Shown in pieces: positions 17,502-28,615 of a stretch of 43,602 nucleotides of DNA. A program made the position numbers and the translations under genes. This stretch comes from Candidatus Gastranaerophilales bacterium. GTDB lineage: Bacteria > Cyanobacteriota > Vampirovibrionia > Gastranaerophilales > Gastranaerophilaceae. How positions within the stretch are numbered: the first letter of the stretch is position 1; each line of letters starts with the position of its first letter. The notes beneath the pieces were generated by a model, which worked only from the letters and a program-made list of their open reading frames with translations, was not told the DNA's origin and did no database searches. The stretch covers positions 1 through 43,602 of the forward strand of contig CANQLK010000001.1 of the NCBI GenBank assembly GCA_947624665.1. The letters are read 5' to 3'.

Positions 17502-17628
17502 GTGTCGCAACATTACGCTCGGTCTAGTCGCTCCTTCGGCTGCCGCCTTGTACTCGCTTCCGACCTCGCTTACCGGACTTCGTCCGTCCGCAATTTCGCT
17601 GTCTTGAAATTGCTTTACGCTCGGACAA
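17502..17628 (-). repeat. GC-rich intergenic repeat, family A copy 2 (single unit), in the rtcB leader
   Basis: The reverse complement matches 4567-4757. The 81-nt core 17544-17624 is identical. Both ends are shared with copy 1 (TTGTCCGAG ... CGTAATGTTGCGACAC). Ends 38 nt upstream of the rtcB ATG, in the same orientation as rtcB. Confidence 0.9.
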
Positions 17629-17689
17629 GTTACGTGTATATAAATTACAAAAATAATATTTTTTGCTTAAATTATTAAATTTTTTAACA

Positions 17690-17722
17690 AAAAAGAGGTC
17701 AATTAATAATTGACCTCTTTTT
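17690..17722 (-). terminator. dnaK rho-independent terminator (palindromic, bidirectional)
   Basis: AAAAAGAGGTCAATT-AAT-AATTGACCTCTTTTT. Lies 15 nt downstream of the dnaK stop. Confidence 0.8.
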
Positions 17723-17736
17723 AACTTGATTATAAA

Positions 17737-19584
<1,848 letters not shown>

Positions 19585-19708
19585 CTATATCTCCGTTTCT
19601 TAATTCTATAATTTTAAAGCACACTTTTTTCTGCTTCATATTCTTTTTATATCACCATTTTTTATCATTCATTAAAAAATAAACAAAAAATTAATATTTT
19701 GAATTTGA

Positions 19709-21307
19709 TTAAATTTTTTTGTTGTTTATAAAATCTTCATCGTTCAGCTTGTTGAAATCAATATTATTTAATTCTTCTTCAGTAAATATTCCGCCATTCT
19801 TTTTGAATTCTTGTTCAGCTTCTTCTTCACTAGTAAATATATATTGTGTATTTATTTTTATATTTTTAGAAGTATTGTTTATAAAATCTATATATGGAGA
19901 TGTGGTATATAATATATTTTCTTTTCTTTCATTAACAGCTTCAAAAAATCCCCAGTTGTAGTTGTTTAAAAACAGTTCTCTGCTTAAATATGCAGGTCTT
20001 TTTCTCATACTCGCCAATTTTATTATTTTTTCCGCCTTGTATGTTTGAATTTTTTGCGGGATTACCAAATGTTTCAAATTATAATCGTAATAACCGAAAT
20101 TTCTTTTTATCAATACACAAGCAATTATGATTAATAAAATATTTATATGGATTTCTTTTACTGTTTTATTTCTAATCAACAGATTTAACAGTAAAAAATT
20201 AAAAGCCGATAACAATATATTAAACATAATGTGTAAATCAGGATGTGATATCCAGTATAAAGAAGGATTATAGTCATATTTTTCCAACCCGATAAGCGAT
20301 AAGAAAAATATACATATACCAAAAATAAAACAGAATATTATTTTTATTGTTTGTTTTTCCGCATAAGCTTCTTCTTTTTCTTTACGGCTCAAGTTTTTGA
20401 GTATGATTATACTTTGTATGATTATTAATCCAAGTCCGATAATATGTTTTAGAAAGACATATTTAATATAGTTTAAACCGAATACGGGAATAGATTTTAT
20501 TACGTTAATTATATATTGGGTATTAAAAAAATTATACTCGGAATGTCTTGTAAATGCGCCTTCTTTTAAAAGCAATATAAATCCGATAATCAGTAACAGT
20601 ATATATATCAGAATTTTTATTGCTTGTGATTTTTTTACAGTCTTTAAAGAATGGCTTATTTCATTATTTTCTTTTCGTTTCTCAATAAAAAATATAAAAG
20701 TATATAAAATAAATGCCGTTAAGATTGATATTAATATCATTTCGTTTGAAATACCGCATAGGAATACTAAAACAGCCGTAATAAAGAACGGGATTTTTTC
20801 GGATGAAAATATATCCTTATGCAAAAAATAGACCATGCCTGCCATAATAAAAGGCGGCAGAAGCATTCTAAACAATCCGTCGTAAGTATATAATAATAAA
20901 ATCGGTTGTTCTTGAATAAATGAAAATATTAAAGCAGTCGAAAAAACGTATATAAAAGGATAAAAGATATTTATTTTTCTGTTTAAATATAAAAAATTCG
21001 TCAAGATAACAGAAAAAGCAATAAAAAATCCTGCTTCTATATAGCAAAAATATTCTGATTTAAAGCTGCTCGGATGTATGCCTAAAGAAAAAGGAATTAG
21101 GGAAGTAAATAATTTCCCTAAAAATAGAGGTAAATAGATACTTCTTTGATATGGGAAAAAGAATAAATCTTTAATATTTTTGCATTGCAAAAATATGTCA
21201 TCCGCAAAAACAAAAGAATAACTGAATAAATATTTTAGAATAAAAAATTCCGACAAAATAAAAAATAATATACAAATAACAATTATAGCTTTATTCTTAA
21301 AAATCAT
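19709..21307 (-). CDS. large polytopic membrane protein with C-terminal soluble domain, unknown function
   Basis: 532 aa with more than 10 hydrophobic segments and very AT-rich codon usage. No motif recognised. Confidence 0.55.
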   Translation of the reverse strand: MIFKNKAIIVICILFFILSEFFILKYLFSYSFVFADDIFLQCKNIKDLFFFPYQRSIYLPLFLGKLFTSLIPFSLGIHPSSFKSEYFCYIEAGFFIAFSVILTNFLYLNRKINIFYPFIYVFSTALIFSFIQEQPILLLYTYDGLFRMLLPPFIMAGMVYFLHKDIFSSEKIPFFITAVLVFLCGISNEMILISILTAFILYTFIFFIEKRKENNEISHSLKTVKKSQAIKILIYILLLIIGFILLLKEGAFTRHSEYNFFNTQYIINVIKSIPVFGLNYIKYVFLKHIIGLGLIIIQSIIILKNLSRKEKEEAYAEKQTIKIIFCFIFGICIFFLSLIGLEKYDYNPSLYWISHPDLHIMFNILLSAFNFLLLNLLIRNKTVKEIHINILLIIIACVLIKRNFGYYDYNLKHLVIPQKIQTYKAEKIIKLASMRKRPAYLSRELFLNNYNWGFFEAVNERKENILYTTSPYIDFINNTSKNIKINTQYIFTSEEEAEQEFKKNGGIFTEEELNNIDFNKLNDEDFINNKKI

Positions 21308-21376
21308 GGTTTTTGTTTCTATAAAGACAGGCAGTAATTTTTATTATAGCATAAATTTTGCTGTATAATTAGAAGT

Positions 21377-22057
21377 ATGAAATTAATGGAAAAGTTAAAA
21401 AAAGAAGTAATAATATCTGTGCAGGCAATGCCTGACGAACCTTTATATGATGAAGTTGCATTAACTGCGATGATGAAATCGGTAATAAACGGAGGTGCAA
21501 AAGGTTTAAGGCTTGCAGGTGCAAGAGATGTAAGAAATGCTAAAAAACTCTTTGATGTACCCGTAATCGGGCTCACAAAACCTGATAAACTGCCTGATAA
21601 TTGGAAAGATATTGTCTATATAACTCCGACTCTCAAAGAGGTTAAGGAATTAATATCGGCAGGTGCGGATATTATAGCGACAGATGCAACACAACGCCCA
21701 AGACCAAAAGAAAGCTTAGCGGAAATTCTTAATTATATTAAATCGGCAGGAAAATTAGCCATGGCGGATATATCAACCTTTGAAGAAGGTATAAAAGCTC
21801 GTGAACTCGGTTTTGATATAATTTCCACAACTCTGTCGGGGTATACTCAATATTCCGTCTTAGAAGATGATAAACCTGATTTTAAGCTTCTTGAAAAGCT
21901 TACAACAAGACTCGACTGCCCCGTTATACTCGAAGGCAGAATTTGGTTTCCTGAAGAAGTAAATAGAGCATTTGATTTAGGAGCTTATTCCGTTGTAATA
22001 GGTTCTGCGGTTACAAGACCTCAATTAATAACAAAAAGATTTTGTATAAGGAATTAA
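21377..22057 (+). CDS. nanE: N-acetylmannosamine-6-phosphate 2-epimerase
   Basis: 226 aa, collinear with E. coli NanE as recalled (ISVQA.PD.PL, VPVIGL.K, AGADIIA.DAT.RPRP, LAMADIST.EEG, GFDIISTTLSGYT). Confidence 0.88.
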   Translation: MKLMEKLKKEVIISVQAMPDEPLYDEVALTAMMKSVINGGAKGLRLAGARDVRNAKKLFDVPVIGLTKPDKLPDNWKDIVYITPTLKEVKELISAGADIIATDATQRPRPKESLAEILNYIKSAGKLAMADISTFEEGIKARELGFDIISTTLSGYTQYSVLEDDKPDFKLLEKLTTRLDCPVILEGRIWFPEEVNRAFDLGAYSVVIGSAVTRPQLITKRFCIRN

Positions 22058-22059
22058 AA

Positions 22060-22974
22060 ATGAAAAAAGCACTTGCTATAGATGTAGGCGGTACTAAGCT
22101 TGTATATGCCGTTATAAATGAAAAAGGCGAATTTTTAAGTGAAGTTAAAAAAACTTTTACTCCCCAAAAAATTGATGAACTTGAAAAAGTATTTAAGCAA
22201 ATAATAAAAGAAAATGAAAACGAAGTTGATATAATAGCATTTGCAACGGCAGGCGCCATAAATCTAGAGAATACAAAAGTTGAATCTTCCACGCCTAACA
22301 TGCCCGATGGCTATAACAGTCTTGATTTTTCGAGGTTAAGCAAAAAACCCGTATATGTAGAAAACGATGCGAATGCGGCAGCCTGGGCGGAATATAAAAT
22401 CGGAGCCGCAGCAGGTTGTGAAAATAATATAACAATTACGCTTGGTACAGGAATAGGCGGCGGATTTATTGTTGAGGGCAGACTGCTTAGAGGAAAATCA
22501 GGCAGAGGCGGTGAAGTCGGCAGTATGAAAATAAACGGCAGAGACAGAATATGCACCTGTCATAGAAAAAACTGCTTTGAAAGCTATGCCTCAGGTGTCG
22601 GACTTAAAAAAACAGCGCAGGAACTTGCCGAAAATGATTTATCTTTTAAAAACAGCTTATTTTGTTCCAAATCGCCACAAGACGTAACCACTTACGACAT
22701 TATAAACGGATTAAAACAAAACGATGAATATTGCATTAAAGTTTTTAACATTTGGAAAAATGATTTAATTACGGGGTTAATAAATATTACAAATATCTTT
22801 GATACCGAAACGATTGTTATATCAGGCGGAATGGGTGAATTTATAAATACGGAAGAAATTCAAAATGCAGTAAATGCAGAAATTGTCGTATCTCCCGTTA
22901 AAATTAAGCAGGCAAAGGCAGGCAATTATTCGGGCATGATAGGAGCTGCGCTTTTAGCATGCACTAAATATTAA
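22060..22974 (+). CDS. ROK-family sugar kinase (likely N-acetylmannosamine/glucose kinase)
   Basis: ATG at 22060 follows an AAGGA RBS and lies 2 nt after the nanE stop. Motifs: AIDVGGTK ATP motif, ENDANAAA, GTGIGGG, and the Zn motif CTCHRKNCFESY. Confidence 0.85.
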   Translation: MKKALAIDVGGTKLVYAVINEKGEFLSEVKKTFTPQKIDELEKVFKQIIKENENEVDIIAFATAGAINLENTKVESSTPNMPDGYNSLDFSRLSKKPVYVENDANAAAWAEYKIGAAAGCENNITITLGTGIGGGFIVEGRLLRGKSGRGGEVGSMKINGRDRICTCHRKNCFESYASGVGLKKTAQELAENDLSFKNSLFCSKSPQDVTTYDIINGLKQNDEYCIKVFNIWKNDLITGLINITNIFDTETIVISGGMGEFINTEEIQNAVNAEIVVSPVKIKQAKAGNYSGMIGAALLACTKY

Positions 22975-23010
22975 TTTACGATATAATATTATTAAATAAT
23001 TGAGGTTATT

Positions 23011-23415
23011 ATGAAGATATTAGTAAGTATATTGTGTTGGTTGACGGGATTGTATTGTATATATTTCCCTTTGACATATTTCGGAAAAGATGCGGATAAA
23101 AAGACGGTAAAAATAAGTCATATTCTTGTTGCAGACAAGGAAGAATCACTGAAAATAAAAAAATCAATTGAAGAAGAAGGTAAATCATTTGAAAAAGCTG
23201 CACAAGAGAAGTCAATTTGGCCTTCTACCAAAAATAAAGGAAACATAGGATATTTTTCAAGAGAGGTTTTAAATGCAAATATTCCCGAAATAGTGGATTA
23301 TTCGTTCAAAGCTCCCAAATTTAAAATATCCGAACCGATTCATTCAGATTTAGGCTGGCACTTGGTTAAGATCTATGATATAAAATATTACTCCGATAAA
23401 GAAAATTTTAAGTAA
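23011..23415 (+). CDS. parvulin-type peptidyl-prolyl isomerase with N-terminal membrane anchor
   Basis: 134 aa. ISHILV ... GNIGYFSR ... LGWHLVKI matches the PpiC rotamase signature. Confidence 0.8.
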   Translation: MKILVSILCWLTGLYCIYFPLTYFGKDADKKTVKISHILVADKEESLKIKKSIEEEGKSFEKAAQEKSIWPSTKNKGNIGYFSREVLNANIPEIVDYSFKAPKFKISEPIHSDLGWHLVKIYDIKYYSDKENFK

Positions 23416-23481
23416 ACAATTATAATTGAATAATTTTTATGTTTTGTATATAATCCGACTGTTAAAGCAAAGAGGTGAAAT

Positions 23482-24180
23482 ATGACAAGAAATCAGCTCC
23501 CTGAGGGTGTAGGAAAAAAGATAGTTGAAGCATTAAAAAGACAAGCAGAAGCAGACATTACACCTGTTGATACTTCAGAAAATAAATTTGATACAAATAT
23601 TCCTTTAACCGATATAAAAGATTTACCTGAAATTAATACCGATAATGTTGAAGTAATTTCCGATACAAACGATAATATAATTATTGAAGAAGAATCTTCT
23701 AATATTGAATTAAACGAACAGGTACAAAATAAAGAACCCGTGATAGATAAGAAGGAACAATCGGTAATGGAAAATCCTGTATTTAATACTTTTACACAAC
23801 CTAAAACTTCATCGTATATAAATCAACCGATAAAGTCAAATGAAGAAACTTATACAAATGCACCGATAAGTATACCTGCAAATGTAGCAATTTTGAAAAA
23901 CCTGATATCATCTTTACCTGTCGGAGTTACAAAGCAAACAGGCGCCCAAATTATAAGACAAACATTAGAAGCTATGGGATTACCTATGAACAGCGTTTTA
24001 AAAGAAGCTCAAGATATTCAGGAACAATTAAACAGTTCTACAAGAGAGTGCATGCTCAAAATTCAAGAATATAAAACCAAAATTTTACAGCTTGAACAAT
24101 CCGTTCAGGAATATCAAAAGAATATTACTCAAATAAATGATTTAGTAAGCTTATTCTTGTTAACCGACAGAAAACAGTAA
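23482..24180 (+). CDS. hypothetical protein (acidic low-complexity N-half, C-terminal coiled coil)
   Basis: 232 aa ORF with an AGAGGTGA RBS, followed by a terminator. No family recognised. Confidence 0.5.
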   Translation: MTRNQLPEGVGKKIVEALKRQAEADITPVDTSENKFDTNIPLTDIKDLPEINTDNVEVISDTNDNIIIEEESSNIELNEQVQNKEPVIDKKEQSVMENPVFNTFTQPKTSSYINQPIKSNEETYTNAPISIPANVAILKNLISSLPVGVTKQTGAQIIRQTLEAMGLPMNSVLKEAQDIQEQLNSSTRECMLKIQEYKTKILQLEQSVQEYQKNITQINDLVSLFLLTDRKQ

Positions 24181-24218
24181 AACTACTGCTGATTGTTTGA
24201 GTATATACAGATTAGATT

Positions 24219-24253
24219 GAAATGCCGATTGTTCATATCGGCATTTCTTTTTC
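24219..24253. terminator. bidirectional terminator between the hypothetical gene and recF
   Basis: Perfect 11-bp stem GAAATGCCGAT / ATCGGCATTTC with a 7-nt loop, followed by TTTTTC. Confidence 0.75.
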
Positions 24254-24320
24254 TTTTATCCGTATCGGACAATGTACAATGTTGCAGATAAAAAATCTGA
24301 TATTAAAATCAATAATTAAT

Positions 24321-25454
24321 TTATTTCTTTGTAATTTTATTATCTTTAATTTCAAATATTTCAACGTTATTGAGGTATTCTTCTCTGAAATTAAGGGTAT
24401 CAACCGAGGTTATTATGGTCTGAGTATTATCATCAATAGCATTTAAGAGATAATTTTGCCTGTAATCATCCAATTCTGCCAAAACATCATCGAGCAAAAG
24501 CACGGCATTAACATTGATTTTTTCTTTTATTAAAGCTAATTCGGCAAGCTTTAGAGCCAATACAATGCTTCTTTGCTGACCTTGCGATGCATATTTTTTT
24601 GCTTCAAAATTATTAATTAAATATGATACATCATCCCTGTGAGGCCCTGTTATACTTTGACCTCTTATTATTTCTTCGGCTTTCTTTTCTTGAAGTTCTT
24701 TTGTGAAACAGCTTAAAATATAGTCATTATTGTGTTCAAACTTCTTTTCCGCTGATATATCGCCAATAATTGATGAATTATATATAATCTCTAAGTTTTC
24801 TGTATCGGAGATTTGTTTATGTTTGATTTTGGCTATTTTTTGCAATTCATAAAGAAAATTCAATCTTATAAAAATAATGTTGCTGCCCGTTATAGCCAGC
24901 TGTTCGTTCCAGATATCAAGCAGCGAGGTATCTGCATTAATATTTCCTTTTAAATTTTTAAGGTAATTATTTTTTTGAGTTTTTATTTTGTTATATTTCG
25001 CCAAACGTTCCAAGTAAGCAGGAAAAATCTGGCATATTGCTATATCAAGCCATTTACGTCTGTCGTCGGGGCTGCCTCTTAATAACAGTAAATCATTGGT
25101 CGTAAAACAAACCGTCGTTATATTGCTTATAAATTCCGATGATTTATTTTTATTAAGTCCGTTTACTTTTAGCTTCTTTCTGTTCGGCGGATTTATCGTA
25201 ACTTCTATATCCGTTTCTATATCGTATTTTTCCGTAACCGCTTTTATATTACATATTTGCTCATTCCATTTTATAAGTTCGTTATCATTTTTTGCTCTGA
25301 AAGAGTCTAACGAGGACAAATAGTAGATTGCTTCAAGCAAGTTTGTTTTTCCCTGCGCATTTTTTCCTATAAAAAGTATTTTCTGCGAATTAAAATCAAT
25401 TGATATATCCGCATAATTCCTGAAATTTTTTATCTCTAATCTTTTTATAAACAT
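24321..25454 (-). CDS. recF: DNA replication and repair protein RecF
   Basis: 377 aa. Walker A GKNAQGKTNLLEAI, signature SQGQQRS, Walker B LLLDDVLAELD. Confidence 0.92.
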   Translation of the reverse strand: MFIKRLEIKNFRNYADISIDFNSQKILFIGKNAQGKTNLLEAIYYLSSLDSFRAKNDNELIKWNEQICNIKAVTEKYDIETDIEVTINPPNRKKLKVNGLNKNKSSEFISNITTVCFTTNDLLLLRGSPDDRRKWLDIAICQIFPAYLERLAKYNKIKTQKNNYLKNLKGNINADTSLLDIWNEQLAITGSNIIFIRLNFLYELQKIAKIKHKQISDTENLEIIYNSSIIGDISAEKKFEHNNDYILSCFTKELQEKKAEEIIRGQSITGPHRDDVSYLINNFEAKKYASQGQQRSIVLALKLAELALIKEKINVNAVLLLDDVLAELDDYRQNYLLNAIDDNTQTIITSVDTLNFREEYLNNVEIFEIKDNKITKK

Positions 25455-25539
25455 AAACTTATTATATATGATTTAAAAATTAAATAAATAATAGACTTAG
25501 AATTAAAATCTGATAATATATTAATATAGAGAGTTGAAA

Positions 25540-26157
25540 ATGTATAAAGAAAAAATTATAGAAATAGGGAAAAGGTTATATTTAAAGAATTTAACGATTG
25601 GGACATCGGGAAATATCAGCATTCGAAGTGATGAAGGGATATTTATAACGGCTTCGGGTACGGCGCTTGGAAATTTAACACCAGATGGAATAGTTTTGAT
25701 AAATTATGAAGGTAAAGAAATAATAGGAGGTAAAGCCTCATCCGAAAAAATGCTCCACACGGAAATATACAAAAGAAGACCCGATATAAATGCCATAATT
25801 CATACGCATTCTGCTTATCTGACAACTTTTGCTTCGTGTCATAAAGCATTAAATGAACCTATAATGTCAGAAAATATATTATATTTTGAAGAAATCCCCG
25901 TTGCGCCTTATGCTATGCCCTCATCAGCAAAATTAGTTGAAAATACCGCAGAATTTATTGAAAATCATGATGTAGTTATGATGGCAAACCATGGTGCCGT
26001 TGCTTGTGCAGATAATATTGAAAATGCTTTCTTGAAAATGGAAACGGCTGAATATTATGCTCAAGTCACTCTTAATACAAAGATTTTAGGCGGAGCAAAA
26101 TTCCTTTCCGATAACGATATTAAAGATTTAATAAATTTAAAAAATAATATTCATTAA
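25540..26157 (+). CDS. class II aldolase/adducin-family protein (L-fuculose-phosphate aldolase-like)
   Basis: 205 aa. Motifs GTSGNISIR and IHTHS...ANHG. ATG at 25540; the track TTG at 25534 is less likely. Confidence 0.8.
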   Translation: MYKEKIIEIGKRLYLKNLTIGTSGNISIRSDEGIFITASGTALGNLTPDGIVLINYEGKEIIGGKASSEKMLHTEIYKRRPDINAIIHTHSAYLTTFASCHKALNEPIMSENILYFEEIPVAPYAMPSSAKLVENTAEFIENHDVVMMANHGAVACADNIENAFLKMETAEYYAQVTLNTKILGGAKFLSDNDIKDLINLKNNIH

Positions 26158-26180
26158 ATTAGAAAAATAAAAATACGGTT

Positions 26181-28505
26181 ATGAAAAATGTAATAGGATA
26201 TGTTCATACTCATTGGGATAGAGAGTGGTACAGGGAATTTGAAGAATTCCGCCTGAGGCTTATTGAGGTTTTTGATAATATTTTATTTATGCTTGAAAAA
26301 GGCGAACTGCCTTCGTTTTATTTTGACGGTCAGACCTGTGCTTTAGAGGATTATTTAGAGATATATCCGAATAAAAAAAATTCGGTTAAGAAGCTTGTAA
26401 AAGAAAAGAAGTTAAGAATAGGGCCTTTTTATTGTTCGGCTGACAGTTTGCTTGTTTCAGGCGAGTGTTTATGCAGAAATTTTGAGATGGGAATAAATAT
26501 AGCTAAAGAATTCGGGGAAACTGATTTTTTGGGATATTTGTCGGATACGTTCGGGCATAGCCGTTGTATGACTTATATATTTAAATATTTTAATATTGAT
26601 AAAGCTTGTGCATGGCGGGGATTAGGAAATTATAATGCTGATTTACTTTGGGACGGAATAAAACTGACTAATTTAATTCAAGGGTATTATCAGGATTTTC
26701 TTAATTCAAATCAGACTATTGAAAAAAAAGCCGAAAATTTAAAAAAATATCTTGATAAGATAGCCGCAAAAAGCTCTGATAACGTTCTTTTGCCTATTGG
26801 CGGCGACCATTTGGCAGCTGCTAATAATCTGAATGAACAAATTAATGAACTGAATAAAATTTATAAAGACTATAAAATAAAAATTTCTTCGCCGTTTGAG
26901 TATTTTGACAAAATTAAAACAAGAGAAAAAATTTCGGGTGAGTTTTTGGAAAACAGTTTGAACTTTATTTTACAGGGAGTATATTCGTCAAGAATATATG
27001 TAAAACAGGCAAATGCTAAATCTCAATGGCTTTTAAGCCGTATAGCAGAACCTTTGCAGGCTTTATCACATTTATATTACGATACTAAAAACCGCCAAAA
27101 CGAAATTGATTATGCTTATAAAACTTTAATTAAAAATCACGCTCACGATTCTATTTACGGGTGCAGTATTGATGAAGTTATGCAAGAGGTTATGAACAGA
27201 TATAATAAGTGTGATTGTGTATCTCAAGGTGTAATTAAAAGAACTTTAAGAGATTTATCCGATGAGGGTTCTTCTTTAAGTGTTATAAATCTTTCTAATT
27301 TTAAATACTTTGGCAGGATTGTTGTAGAAACCGAAAAAACTCTTCCAAAGTGGATGAGAGCTGTCAAGATTTCTTCAAAATCCGCTTTCACAGATAAGAA
27401 ACTTTATAATATTAATGATATTCCAATAACGGAAGATATTACAAAGATAAATACCTATTTAATTGATGTCAAAAATATTGATTCTTTTTCTTTGAAAAAA
27501 ATAGATAAAGATAATATTTGCAAAGAAAATTATTTAACGGCTTCAAATAATTTTATCGAGAATAAATATATAAAGCTTGAAATAAAAAACGGCAAAATTA
27601 TCGTAACCGATAAAAAGAAAAATGAGAAATATCATGATTTTATAAAAATATCAGATAGAGCAGATATCGGCGACAGCTATAACTTCGGGCCTTTGAAAAA
27701 TGATAAGGAATTAAATGCGGAAATAATTTCATTCAAACTGAAAGAAAAAAATCATCAAAGAGCAATATCAGAGATTAGATATGCTGTTTTAATTCCTTTA
27801 AATTCGGATAATAAAGGCAGAAATAAGACTTGTAATAAATGTATTATAACGGTTAATGCAATACTTTATAATCAGTCGGAAATGCTTGAATTTGAATTAA
27901 ACTGGATAAATAAAAGCAAAAATCACCTTTTAAGCATAGGGTTTAATTTAAAAGAAAAAATTAAAAGCACAATAAGCGAGGATTTATTCGGCACCGTAGA
28001 AAGGGAATTTAACGCTGATTTTGATATATATGAAAAAATTCCAGCACCGAAGGGAAAAGAATTAAAAACCAATACGGCGCCTATGCAAAGGTTTGTAAAT
28101 GCTCAAAATGTAACGATATTTACAAAGGGCAACAGTGAATATGAAGTCAAAAAGAATACGTTAAATATAACACTATTAAGGGCAACGGGAATCATATCCA
28201 ATCCGAAAAACCCGTCAAGAGGCACAAGTGCAGGCCCGCCTCTTAAAACTCCCGAGCTTCAATGCATAGGTAAAAATCATTCCGAATTGGCTATCGCTTT
28301 TGAAAATGAAACATATAATCTTTTCAGATTGGCTGAAGAATTTTATATGCCTTATTTGACTTTGTTTACTGATAAAGGAGATAAAAAATTCCTTGATATT
28401 AAAGAAAATCAGTTTGTTTATTCGGTTAAAATCGGACGGGATAAAAATATATCAGGACGAATATTTGATTTTAAATCAAAAGAAATTAAAAATATTACAT
28501 ATTAA
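26181..28505 (+). CDS. glycoside hydrolase family 38 alpha-mannosidase (mannosylglycerate-hydrolase-like)
   Basis: 774 aa. N-terminal HTHWDREWY motif. Further matches at GPFYCSADSLL, DTFGH and HDSIYGCS. Confidence 0.85.
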   Translation: MKNVIGYVHTHWDREWYREFEEFRLRLIEVFDNILFMLEKGELPSFYFDGQTCALEDYLEIYPNKKNSVKKLVKEKKLRIGPFYCSADSLLVSGECLCRNFEMGINIAKEFGETDFLGYLSDTFGHSRCMTYIFKYFNIDKACAWRGLGNYNADLLWDGIKLTNLIQGYYQDFLNSNQTIEKKAENLKKYLDKIAAKSSDNVLLPIGGDHLAAANNLNEQINELNKIYKDYKIKISSPFEYFDKIKTREKISGEFLENSLNFILQGVYSSRIYVKQANAKSQWLLSRIAEPLQALSHLYYDTKNRQNEIDYAYKTLIKNHAHDSIYGCSIDEVMQEVMNRYNKCDCVSQGVIKRTLRDLSDEGSSLSVINLSNFKYFGRIVVETEKTLPKWMRAVKISSKSAFTDKKLYNINDIPITEDITKINTYLIDVKNIDSFSLKKIDKDNICKENYLTASNNFIENKYIKLEIKNGKIIVTDKKKNEKYHDFIKISDRADIGDSYNFGPLKNDKELNAEIISFKLKEKNHQRAISEIRYAVLIPLNSDNKGRNKTCNKCIITVNAILYNQSEMLEFELNWINKSKNHLLSIGFNLKEKIKSTISEDLFGTVEREFNADFDIYEKIPAPKGKELKTNTAPMQRFVNAQNVTIFTKGNSEYEVKKNTLNITLLRATGIISNPKNPSRGTSAGPPLKTPELQCIGKNHSELAIAFENETYNLFRLAEEFYMPYLTLFTDKGDKKFLDIKENQFVYSVKIGRDKNISGRIFDFKSKEIKNITY

Positions 28506-28615
28506 TATTAAAAAATGTTGCTTTTAACCCATATTCGGGATAATATCAAGAGAAGAGTTACAGATTAGTTTGGAAATACAATAATAAAATTTTATTTCGG
28601 AGGAAATTATAAAAG

